The position numbers and the translations under genes were made by a program. A stretch of DNA of 64,000 bases from an uncultured Verrucomicrobiae bacterium. GTDB lineage: Bacteria > Verrucomicrobiota > Verrucomicrobiia > Palsa-1439. The stretch spans positions 89,669 through 153,668 of the forward strand of contig CAVQMY010000027.1 of assembly GCA_963713705.1 (NCBI GenBank), written 5' to 3'. The number at the start of each line of letters is the position of its first letter. Position 1 is the first letter of the stretch. Positions 9,768 to 19,181 of this stretch are shown here, one piece after another. Under the pieces are notes generated by a model that did not search any database, was not told the DNA's origin, and saw only the letters and a program-made list of their open reading frames with translations.

Positions 9768-11087
9768 ATGAGCATCCGCGTCAGATTCGCGCCCAGTCCC
9801 ACTGGTTTTCTGCACATTGGGAGCGTGCGCACCGCCCTGTTCAACTGGCTGTACGCCCGCCACACGGGCGGCACGTTCGTCTTGCGCATCGAAGACACCG
9901 ATACCGCGCGGAACACGGAACAATCGTTGCGGACGATTCTCGACGGACTGCGGTGGCTGGGGTTGGATTGGGACGAAGGCCCGGAGAGGGGCGGCGAGTT
10001 CGGTCCGTATTTTCAATCGCAACGCGCCGATACGTACCGGCGTCGCATCCGGGAGTTGAAAGACAAGGGCCTGGCCTACGACCGCGAGGGCGCGGTCCGC
10101 TTCAAGATGTCGCGCCAGCCGATTGAAGTGCCCGACCTTATTGCGGGCAGCGTGGTGCGTCCCCTCAACGAAACAGAGATGCTCGACCCCGATTTCGTGA
10201 TCGTCCGCAGCGACGGCAATCCGGTATTTCATCTGGTCAATGTGGTGGACGATATCGAAATGAAGATCACGCACGTCATCCGTGGCGAGGACCATCTCTC
10301 GAACACGCCCAAGCACATCGCGCTGTTCCGCGCGTTTGGCGTCGAGCCGCCGAAGTACGCGCACATCCCGATGATCCTCAATCCCGATGGCACAAAGATG
10401 AGCAAGAGCGACCCCGACCCCGCCAAGGCCCGGCTCGCGTCGCTCCAAACCTACGTCGAGGACGGCTTTGTGCCCGAGGCGGTGCGCAATTACCTCTGCC
10501 TCCTCGGCTGGTCGCCCAAGGACAATCGCGAGGTCCTGCCGATCGACGATGTGGTCAAGCTGTTCGATCTGCCGCAAATCCTGCGCAACAACGCGCGGTT
10601 CGACGTTACCAAGCTAACATGGATGAATGGCGAATACCTGCGCGCGATGCCGCTGGATCGATTCATCGAACTGGCAAGACCTTTCACCAGTGGCCACGAT
10701 GATCCCAAGGTGCTCGGCCTCGTGAAGGAGAAGGTCAAGCTGTTGAAGGAGCTACCGGATTGGACCGGCTACTTCTTCACCGAGGATTATGCCTTCGATC
10801 CCGAGGCGGTGAAAAAGTCGTGCAGCGCGCCGCACACGAGCGAGCGTCTCATGAAGCTTGCCGGGAAATTTGCCGCGGTCAGTCCGTGGGACGCTGCCAG
10901 CCTCGAATCGGCCTTGAAATCGCTTGCGACGGAGATCGGCGTCAAGACCGGCGAACTCATTCATCCCTGCCGCGTCGCCGTCAGCGGCAAATCGGCTGGC
11001 CCGTCGCTGTATCACATGTTGGAAGTGCTGGGCCGCGACCGCGTGCTCGCGCGGTTGCGCCGCGCCACCGAGAAATTTCACCCATGA
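9768..11087 (+). CDS. gltX: Glutamate--tRNA ligase
   Basis: MSIRVRFAPSPTGFLHIG (HIGS), LRIEDTD, HVIRGEDHLSNTP and KMSKS motifs. Confidence 0.96.
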   Translation: MSIRVRFAPSPTGFLHIGSVRTALFNWLYARHTGGTFVLRIEDTDTARNTEQSLRTILDGLRWLGLDWDEGPERGGEFGPYFQSQRADTYRRRIRELKDKGLAYDREGAVRFKMSRQPIEVPDLIAGSVVRPLNETEMLDPDFVIVRSDGNPVFHLVNVVDDIEMKITHVIRGEDHLSNTPKHIALFRAFGVEPPKYAHIPMILNPDGTKMSKSDPDPAKARLASLQTYVEDGFVPEAVRNYLCLLGWSPKDNREVLPIDDVVKLFDLPQILRNNARFDVTKLTWMNGEYLRAMPLDRFIELARPFTSGHDDPKVLGLVKEKVKLLKELPDWTGYFFTEDYAFDPEAVKKSCSAPHTSERLMKLAGKFAAVSPWDAASLESALKSLATEIGVKTGELIHPCRVAVSGKSAGPSLYHMLEVLGRDRVLARLRRATEKFHP

Positions 11088-11671
11088 CGCTGCCGAATAA
11101 AATCACGATCGCCCGCATTTTCATGATCCCGGTGTTCGTGTGGCTGACGCTGGATTACATCCGCGACTACCAGAAGGAGCAGGAACAGGAATGGGAGCGC
11201 GGGCTGGCCTGCGTGGTGTTTGCCATTGCCGCCATCTCCGACGCCGTGGATGGCTACATCGCGCGTCGCTACCATCAAAAGAGCGAGTTGGGCGTCTTCC
11301 TCGACCCGCTGGCGGACAAGGCGCTGCTGCTCTCGGCGCTGATTCTCCTGAGTATCCGGTTCAAGGACGGCACGCCGTTCGATCTGTTGCCGCTGTGGTT
11401 CCCCGTGCTCGTGGTCAGCCGTGATTTAATGCTATTGGGTGGCTGCGTGCTGATTCACATGCTGGCGGGCCGTGTCATTGCGCGCCCGCGCATCGTCGGT
11501 AAATGCGCGACGTTTTTCCAGATGATTGCGCTCGGCTGGGTGCTGTTGAAGTTCGAGCGCCCGTCCTACCTGTGGCCGCTCTATGCCGCCGGCTTCTTCA
11601 CGCTCGTGTCCGGCATCTGGTACCTGTTCGACGGCATCAAACAACTGAGCGTCCACGAGCAGAAGAAGTAG
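11084..11671 (+). CDS. pgsA: CDP-alcohol phosphatidyltransferase (PgsA-like)
   Basis: MTLPNKITIARI and DAVDGYIAR...G..LDPLADK motif; ATGA overlap with gltX. Confidence 0.85.
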   Translation: MTLPNKITIARIFMIPVFVWLTLDYIRDYQKEQEQEWERGLACVVFAIAAISDAVDGYIARRYHQKSELGVFLDPLADKALLLSALILLSIRFKDGTPFDLLPLWFPVLVVSRDLMLLGGCVLIHMLAGRVIARPRIVGKCATFFQMIALGWVLLKFERPSYLWPLYAAGFFTLVSGIWYLFDGIKQLSVHEQKK

Positions 11672-11760
11672 CCGGCTCGGGCCGGGGCGCGCATTCATTG
11701 GCCGGAACCGTGACGGCAGATGGTAACTTTCGGGCAGAAAACCTGCTTTACTCACCCCTT

Positions 11761-12486
11761 GTGAAGCGAATATTGCTTGCCGGCTTGTGTTTCGCGGGTG
11801 CTCTCGGCGCCCGTGCGGATATGGTCGAATTCCAGAACGGCACGAAGACCGAGTGTCAGGTCCTCAGCCTGTTCAACCAGCGACTCGAGTACGCCGACAA
11901 GGATGGCAGCGTCGCTCACGTGGATTTCCCGCAAATCAAGCGCATCGATTTCGATTCCAAGACCGCCATGGTCACTACGCGTGGCCGCGTCATCTTGAAT
12001 GGCCAGTTGCACGGACTCGAAGCTGGCATGTTCAGTCTCACGACGACGCGCGGGACGAAACAACTCATCGCCGCCTCGGAAGTCACCGACCTCACCGTCA
12101 GCACCGAGAGAGAAGCTCCGCCCCCGCCACCGCCTTACCATCCAAGACCTAGCGCTCCCGAAGAATCCAATTCGCGTCCTACCGAAAGGGGTTTTATCCA
12201 GCCGGAGCGCGGCAGGATTACGATTGTCGATTTCTATGCGGATTGGTGCGGGCCATGCCGAAAGATCGGCCCGGTCCTGGAAAGGATTGCGGCAGGCAAT
12301 TCCGACATCGTCCTGCAAAAGATCAACGTCGATAAACATCGCGATCTCATGCAGGAATACAACGTCACCGGCATTCCGCACATCATCGTCTATGACAAGG
12401 CTACCGACGTAGTCGACACCATCATCGGCGCCGATGAACACCGCGTCCGCAAGGCCATTGACGCCGCCGGCGGCAGCAACTGGTAG
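11761..12486 (+). CDS. Exported protein with C-terminal thioredoxin domain
   Basis: GTG start, signal peptide, Pro-rich linker and VDFYADWCGPC. Confidence 0.85.
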   Translation: MKRILLAGLCFAGALGARADMVEFQNGTKTECQVLSLFNQRLEYADKDGSVAHVDFPQIKRIDFDSKTAMVTTRGRVILNGQLHGLEAGMFSLTTTRGTKQLIAASEVTDLTVSTEREAPPPPPPYHPRPSAPEESNSRPTERGFIQPERGRITIVDFYADWCGPCRKIGPVLERIAAGNSDIVLQKINVDKHRDLMQEYNVTGIPHIIVYDKATDVVDTIIGADEHRVRKAIDAAGGSNW

Positions 12487-12701
12487 CGATTCATCCCGTA
12501 GTCGCACCGTTTCCATCTGCTGATGGCGTCTCGCGGACTCGGCTTAGGGTGCGTGAATCACAGATAATCGGCGCAGGGTAAGCCGAGCCGCGGCTGCGCG
12601 ACTCCGGCTGCAAGCCTGGGGCCGCTGATTTCGCCACGCGCTCCGAAAAAGAGAAGTCCACGTCCGGCCAGTGAACCTCTCGCCTCCTCATCAGACAACC
12701 G

Positions 12702-12735
12702 TTGCGCCGCATGATACATTGTAGTACAATGTATC
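12702..12735 (+). promoter_or_regulatory. padR promoter (TTGCGC-17-TACAAT) overlapped by the perfect palindrome GATACATTGTA-G-TACAATGTATC, a putative PadR operator
   Basis: -35-like hexamer at 12702-12707, -10-like at 12725-12730 and palindrome at 12713-12735, all just upstream of the ATG at 12740. Confidence 0.65.
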
Positions 12736-12790
12736 TTCTATGAAGCGGGACGAGGTTGCGAAGAACCTGGCCACGGGGACGTATGATCTA

Positions 12791-13883
12791 TTGAGTCCTG
12801 CATAATATAGTTAGTATTTCACCACAGTTCCGCCTGCTTCCAGAAGGCGGCGATGAGCCCGGGGCGACGGCGCATCCGGCGCAGCGCCCGGGTGGCCATG
12901 AGGCTCAGTTCCCAGCCGTGTTGGGCGCAGAAGTTCGCCAATTCGTGCTGCTTGAGGTGGCCCCAGATGTACTCGGCGGGGTTCAGTTCCGGCGCGTAGG
13001 CGGGTAAGTATTCCAAGTGGACGCGCTGGCCCAGCGTGCCGATGAAGTCACGGACCGCCCGACTGCGGTGGATGCCGGCACCGTCCCAGACAATCAACAG
13101 TCGCCCGGGCAGATGGCGCAGCAGATGCCGCAGGAACTCGATGACTTGGGGGCTCTTGATGGCGCCGTCGAAGAGCTGAAAGTAGAAGTTCCACAGGGTC
13201 AGCCCGGCCACGACCGAGAACTTCTTCCAGTTGAAGTGGTGCTGCAGGACGGGCGTGCAGCCGCGGGGTGCCCAGGTGCGGACGCGGTGCGGCTGTTGGC
13301 TCAACCCGCTCTCGTCGATGAAAACGATCAGCCGGCCTTCGCGGAGCGCTTTTTTTTAATATCCGGCCAGCGCTGGCGCTTCCAGCAGCGGATCGCCGGC
13401 TCGTTGCGTTCCAAGGCGCGACCGACGGGTCGCTGGCAACTCCAGCCCAGCTTCTGGAGCAGGCGATAAACGTGATCGGCATGAAACCGCACCCCGGTTT
13501 GCCGTTCGATGAGGTCGGCGATGCGCGGGGCCGTCCACAACGGCGTGTCGTAGCCGAGGGCCTGCGGTCCCTGACGGAGTGCCAGTTCGATCTGGTGGAG
13601 TTGGGCGGAGCCGAGTCGGGGCTTGCGACCGGCGCGTCCGGCCTTCTTCAGGCCGTCGGTCCCCTGCGCCTGCCAGACGGCGTACCAGCGCCCACTGGAT
13701 TGGGCGCTGACACCCAAGCGTCGGGCGACGGCGGCCTTGCCGAGACCACGAGCGAAAAGTTTGGCCGCACGGAAGCGGCGCTGTTGGAGTTGGTCAAAGT
13801 CGCGCTTCAATCCTTTGAGGTGTCCCATACTACCTTCGACACCGCAACCCCCAATAGCGTTCACTATATTATACAGGACTCAA
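12791..13883 (-). mobile_element. IS630-family insertion sequence
   Basis: 21-bp terminal inverted repeats TTGAGTCCTG(C/T)ATAATATAGT with one mismatch. TA duplication at 12789-12790 and 13884-13885. Confidence 0.95.
12819..13828 (-). CDS. IS630 transposase (orfA HTH + orfB DDE joined by -1 frameshift at an A8 run near 13350)
   Basis: orfA ends WPDIKKKRSAKAG*. The -1 frame gives KALREGRLIVFIDESG...IVWDGAGIH...LPAYAPELNPAEYIW. Confidence 0.92.
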
Positions 13884-14080
13884 TAATTGTGCTCGACGTG
13901 TTGCGGGCCGGGCCGAACTACGGCTATGGCATCCGGAAACGGATCTTCGAGCGATCGAAGGGCACATTGAACTGGCTGGATGGCACGGTTTATCCCGTTC
14001 TTCGCCATCTGGAGAAGCAGGGCCTCGTGACAAGCCGTTGGAAAGGCCCAAAGGAGGGTCGACAGCGCTGTTATTACCGC

Positions 14081-15172
14081 CTCACGCCGCGCGGTCAACG
14101 GGTTTGGCAACAACAGCGCCGTCAGTGGACCGCCTTCACCCGCGCGATCAACGCCCTGCTCACTCCCTGAGACACGACCGCGACACAGTGGATAGTCGAC
14201 GAGCCGCGCTGCCCGACATCTAACGACCCCAGACGGGAGCTAATTCTGCAACAGATCGCGCGCGGGACGTGAAACCCGCTCACGTAAATCAATGTTTACC
14301 TCACTCCACGCGGCTTGCTGGAACGATAATACATTGCAGTGCAATGTATCAGACATGCGCCGACGGGAGCCACATGCGAGCAATACGGAGAGGAGTCGCG
14401 GCACACAAAAGGGGGATACATTGTAGTGCAATGTATCAGGCAAACATGGACAACAGTTCACACCAAGACACTCATCGGGAAACATCTGGGTAGCGGTTCT
14501 TGCAGTGGTCACCCTCTGTCTACCCGAGAGCTTGCGGGGCCGGTCAAAGCTTGCCACATTCCACGTGGCCACTGCTACGCCTCACGCCGCGCGGTCAACG
14601 AATTTGGCAACAGCAGCGCCGTCAGTGGACCGCCTTCACCCGCGCGATCAACGCCCTGCTCGCTCCGTAGCGCGCGACCGCGAGCCGGTCACGCGGTCGA
14701 TACGCAGCGCCGCCCGGCTCCTAGCGACCGCCGATGGGAGGTAATGCCGCAACAGATCGTACGTGCGACGTGAAACCCGCTCACGTAAATCAATGTTCAC
14801 CTCACTCCGCGCGGCTTGCTGGAGCGATGATACATTGCAGTGCAATGTATCAGATGCACATCAACGGAAGCCGGGTGCGAGCAATCCGGAGAGGAGTCGC
14901 GGCTCACAACGGAGTATACATTGTAGTGCAATGTATCAGGCAAACACACACAGCAGGTCACACCAAGAAGCTCATCGGGAAATGTCGGGGTAGCGGTTCT
15001 TGCAGTTGTCGCCCTCAGTCCGCCCGAGAGCTTGGGGGCCGGTCGATATTTGCCACGTCCCATGTGGCTGGCAGTACCGGCTTACGCCGCGTGGTCAACG
15101 GGTTTGGCAACAGCAGCGCCGTCAGTGGACCGCCTTCACCCGCGCGATCAACGCCCTGCTAACGAATCGCTG
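14081..15172 (+). repeat. Exact 500-bp-period tandem array: three copies of the padR 3' 80 bp separated by two diverged ~420-bp units
   Basis: Copies start at 14081, 14581 and 15081, and the last 47 bp of each are identical. The units carry ATACATTG(C/T)AGTGCAATGTAT palindromes at 14329, 14416, 14830 and 14916. Confidence 0.92.
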
Positions 15173-15310
15173 AGGATTTTGCCAGCTGGAGCGCCGGTCT
15201 GCTTCGAACTCCAAGCCTGCGCTCCAGCCTATAAATTCACGTTCACTTTTGTCAGATGACCTGGCGATTTGCTTCGTCGACAGATTCCTAATTCGCCGTA
15301 CAATTGAGGC

Positions 15311-16766
15311 ATGTTTCTGGAGCATCCATCGCTTCCGCCATTCGAGCCAATTCTCAAGCCGATTGCCCGTGCCGTTTTGAGGAAGGGAGTAGACGCGCTT
15401 TCGAGCAGGAACTACGGGTTCGACAATATTGGACACGATCGCAAAGCATTTGCGACTTTTATAAAGGGCTGTCACAAGGGCTATGATCTGGCACAGCGCA
15501 CGGTTGCTCAAACGGTCTTTCAGTTGCTTAACGATACGAAGCACCTCGAAACCACCTTGAAGCAGCTGCGGACTGGGAGACACGATCGGATAGCTGAAAA
15601 AAGAACAATTGCATGTATTCGAGTCTTAGAAAACCGGGTGCTAGTCTTACGCCGCCTTCAAGACTGCATTGTCAACATAGTTCTTGGTGGTAGAACTTGG
15701 CTTAATAAGCGGTTTGTCCTGGAACAAAGGATCAAACCCGTAGACCTCATTGGAACAAAGCTCGCCTTGGAGTACGCAAGTCGGGAGAACGAGACAAACC
15801 GTCTTAGATTTTCAGCAATAGCGGACCTTACTACTTATGTGCAAGTGGGCGATATCATACAGGTCGACTTTACACAACCGCCGGCTCGTTGGTCGATTAT
15901 TGAGCTAAAAATCCGGAAGCGTGAATTCGCTTTTGACTGAAATCTTGAACAAAGAAGAGAATTCTAGCCTAGAAAGGCTGCAGACTCTCAGTGCGAACGT
16001 TAGCCCGACAGCACCGCGACAAATTCGTCGGATGCAAATTCAGCGTTCCCGGATTCGTGAGATTGTTAACGCATACGAAGGCAAACCAGCAAAAGACCTA
16101 CTGACCGGTCTGGATTACCTGCAACACGAAACCGAGTTAGAAACGCAGAATTACGCGAGAACAATTGCTGGTGTGATGGAGCGAGCGCGCCGCGACGGAG
16201 CGGCAGCAAGCGTCGTTGACGAATGTTTGGTGGTCCAAGCCTTCTCAGGTTGTTCGCTTGGGACTGCAGTTTTTTATGCAAAATTCGGCGCGTTTGGGGC
16301 AGTGTCCGGCAAGATGCCTGATCCAAACTCCTGTGGCGAACAGGAGCTGGAGACGGTGATGGGAACGCATATCGTTGATCTCACCAGCAGCAATCTTTTG
16401 GCAATGGTTCAGCAATCAATTTTCACCTTCGAATTGAGTTTGGAAGACATGATGGATTTGCTCTTCCGCAGAGTAATCGTGCTTCACTTAAATGCTGATC
16501 GCTTAATCGATCTGGCAGCAAAAAAGGGAATGTCGCTCCGAAAGCTGAGCGCAAAGGAAGAGGCACAGCTCAGCCAAAGAATCGGCTTAACGGCCATCGT
16601 CCCTGGCATACCAGGTCTGCATCATAAGTACCGGAATTATGAGCAAGACATTGCTGGAGGCAGTTTTGCTCTCGTTCTCAATGAACTCATGAGGCCAGTA
16701 GAACTTCTGCGCTCCATGCAGACAACTGCTGAGGAACTAGAATCGAAAATGTCTCGCTCCAAATAA
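15311..16766 (+). CDS. Low-GC hypothetical protein with a PD-(D/E)xK-like motif, one frameshift at the A5 run near 15907
   Basis: Deleting one A joins ORFs 15311-15940 and 15921-16766 as ...DLTTYVQVGDIIQVD...IIELKSGSVNSLL... Confidence 0.6.
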
Positions 16767-16810
16767 CTATTCAATCGCACGGCTTACGCTTGTTCTCCAC
16801 GACCCGCAAT

Positions 16811-18638
16811 TCACCCTTTCTTCTCAATTTTCGCCCAGGTGTCTTTCAAGGTGATGGTGCGGTTGAAGACGAGCTTTGGCGCTGGGGCTGGCGAATCGAT
16901 CTTGGAATCGGGTCGAGGGCGAAATAGGCCGAGGCGCTCGAATTGATAGCGGAGTTCCGGCTGGGCGTCGTTCAGGCTCGGCTCGCATTTGGCGGTGACC
17001 ACTTCCAGCGAGTGCGGGTTGAGGACGGATCTTGAAATCGCGTCCGTCCGTCGTCCGGCTCGGCCTCGGTGAACAGCCGGTCGTAAAGGCGCACTTCGGC
17101 GTCAATCGCGTGGGCGGCGCTACCCAATGGATCGTGCCTTTGACTTTGCGGCCGGCGGTCGGCGCCGCCGGTCTTGCTGTCGAGGTCGGCGGTGCAGCGC
17201 AGTTCGGTGATGTTGCCGGCGGCGTCCTTGACCACTTCGTCGCACTTGATGATGTAGGCGTATTTCAGCCGCACTTCGCCGCCGGGTTTCAGCCGGAAAA
17301 ATTTCGGCGGCGGCACTTCCATGAAATCGTCCTGCTCGATGTACAGTTCGCGGCTGAACGGAATCTTCGCGCTTGCCGGCGTTCTCGTCCTCGGGATTGT
17401 TGACGGCGTCCAGTTCCTCGACCTTGCCTTCGGGATAATTGGTGATGACCACCTTGATGGGGCGCAGCACGGCCGAGCCGGCGCAGGGCGCGTTTGTTCA
17501 GGTCCTCGCGGATGGCGTGTTCGAGCACGGCCACGTCGGTGAGGCCGTTGTATTTGGTGATGCCGATGTTGAAGGCGAAATGTGCGCAGGGCTTCGGCGG
17601 TGACGCCGCGCCGGCGGATGCCGCGAAATGGTGGGCATGCGCGGATCGTCCCAGCCGGTGACGAGCTTTTCGTTCACGAGCTGCATGAGCTTGCGCTTGC
17701 TCATGATGGTGTAGCCGAGGCTGAGCCGGGCGAATTCGTATTGATGCGGCAGCGGGCGCGGCAGGTCGAGGTTTTCCAGAATCCAGTCGTAAAGCGGGCG
17801 ATGCACCTCGAATTCCAGCGTGCAGATGCTGTGCGTGATGCCTTCGATGTAATCGCTCAGGCAATGCGCGAAATCGTACATCGGATAGATGCACCATTTG
17901 CCGCCGGTGTGATGATGGTCGGCGTGGCGGATGCGGTAGAGCAGCGGGATCGCGCATCCAGATGTTCGGCGAGGCCATGTCGATCTTCGCGCGCAGCGTG
18001 CGTGCGCCGTCGGGGAATTCGCCGTCCTTCATGCGCGCGAACAGGTCGAGATTTTCCTCGATCGCTGCGGTTGCGGAACGGGCTGTCCTTGCCGGCGTTC
18101 GGCGCGCCGCGATATTCGTCGGTGTCCTCCGGCGTCAGATCGCAGACGTAGGCCTTGCCCTTCTCGATCAGCTGCGACGGCGTATTCGTAAATCTGGTCG
18201 AAATAATCGCGAGGCGTAGAACGGCTCCAGCTTCTCGACTTTCGGGTGCCGACTTCGAGTTGACCGCGCGAGATAAAAATCCGGCTTGCCGTTGCTCGCT
18301 GACGGTTTCGGGCGTTTTGCCTTTCGGCTTGAGGCCCAGCTTGTCGTCCGCCCAGCCGCCGATCAGCCAGTTCACGTCCTCGATGATGGAATCCACGTAT
18401 TCGACGTCTTCCTTGGTCGGGTTGGTGTCGTCCATGCGCAGGTTGCAGATGCCGCCGAACTCGCGGGCGATGCCGAAGTTCAGGCAGATGCTTTTGGCGT
18501 GGCCGATGTGGAGGTAGCCGTTCGGCTCGGGCGGAAAGCGCGTGATGGATTTGCGGATATTTCTCTTCCGGCCACGTGTTCGGCCACGATGTCGCGGATG
18601 AAATCGGACGGCGGCGGCGTTGTTGTTTCGTTTGACAT
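16811..18638 (-). CDS. glnS: Glutamine--tRNA ligase with many frameshifts (probably sequence errors)
   Basis: Fragments in shifting frames: [96 protein letters not shown]. Confidence 0.92.
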
Positions 18639-18640
18639 AG

Positions 18641-18674
18641 AAAAAATGCAGGGGCAGCCCACTGTGGCTGCCCC
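18641..18674 (-). terminator. GC hairpin followed by a T-run
   Basis: GGGGCAGCC/GGCTGCCCC stem followed on the minus strand by TGCATTTTTT. Confidence 0.5.
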
Positions 18675-18729
18675 GTGCCATGCAATTGCGGCAGGCACGG
18701 GCCCGCCCTTGTGAACTGAACGGCGGTCA

Positions 18730-19036
18730 ATTCCTTGACGGCCTTGTCGCGAACGGGTTGATCCGCGCAACGGTTCGGGTCGGCCAAGCCGGAGTCGAGG
18801 CGCGACTTCCGCGTGGCGTAATCCCCGCGTTCGTCCTTCAAAACGACCCACGGATCGGTCGCGTCCTGTTTGGCGGCGGCGATTTTTCCGGTCAATTCTT
18901 CATTCGCCATGCTGGTATGCGAGCCGAAATCGCTCGGATAAACGATCTTCGCTTCTTTTTTGCCGCCCGCTTTGTCGTCCCTCGCCTTGGGGCGGGCGCT
19001 CGTTGTGCCTACTTTGGGTGCTGTTGCTGTTGCCAT
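18730..19036 (-). CDS. Small hypothetical protein; 3' end uncertain because of an indel
   Basis: ATG at 19036, then YPSDFGSHTSM...WVVLKDERGDYATRKSRLDSGLADPNR. The ORF track's 335-aa read-through runs into the hairpin and glnS. Confidence 0.55.
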
Positions 19037-19124
19037 ACTAATGTGTCTCCTGAATCGTCTTCGGTGTAAGGGAAGGTGTATTTAACCGCCTGCGCGCGCC
19101 ACCGTCAAGCTTTGCGACACCGAC

Positions 19125-19155
19125 AAAAAGCCCCGAGAGGCTACACTCGGGGCTT
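19125..19155 (-). terminator. Rho-independent terminator after nrdJ
   Basis: AAGCCCCGAG/CTCGGGGCTT stem with a T5 tail on the minus strand. Confidence 0.75.
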
Positions 19156-19181
19156 CCTGTGTGTGTAGGGGTTCCGTGGAT

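Larger units (their letters stand above)
12740..14170 (+). pseudogene. PadR-family transcriptional regulator split by IS630
   Basis: Removing the IS and one TA restores MKRDEVAKNLATGTYDL-IVLDVLRAGPNYGYGIRKRI...GTVYPVLRHLEKQGLV...RCYYRLTPRG, a PadR winged helix. Confidence 0.9.

Noticed and set aside
14329-14936. CRISPR array built from the 21-bp palindromes
   Set aside because: Gaps are 66, 393 and 65 bp and are homologous to each other rather than unique spacers; no cas genes are present.
14240-15162. Short ORFs inside the 500-bp units
   Set aside because: Frames and starts are not conserved between the two units, and indels occur between conserved blocks.
18029-19036. 335-aa ORF
   Set aside because: It is a read-through across a terminator hairpin into an off-frame of glnS, caused by an indel.
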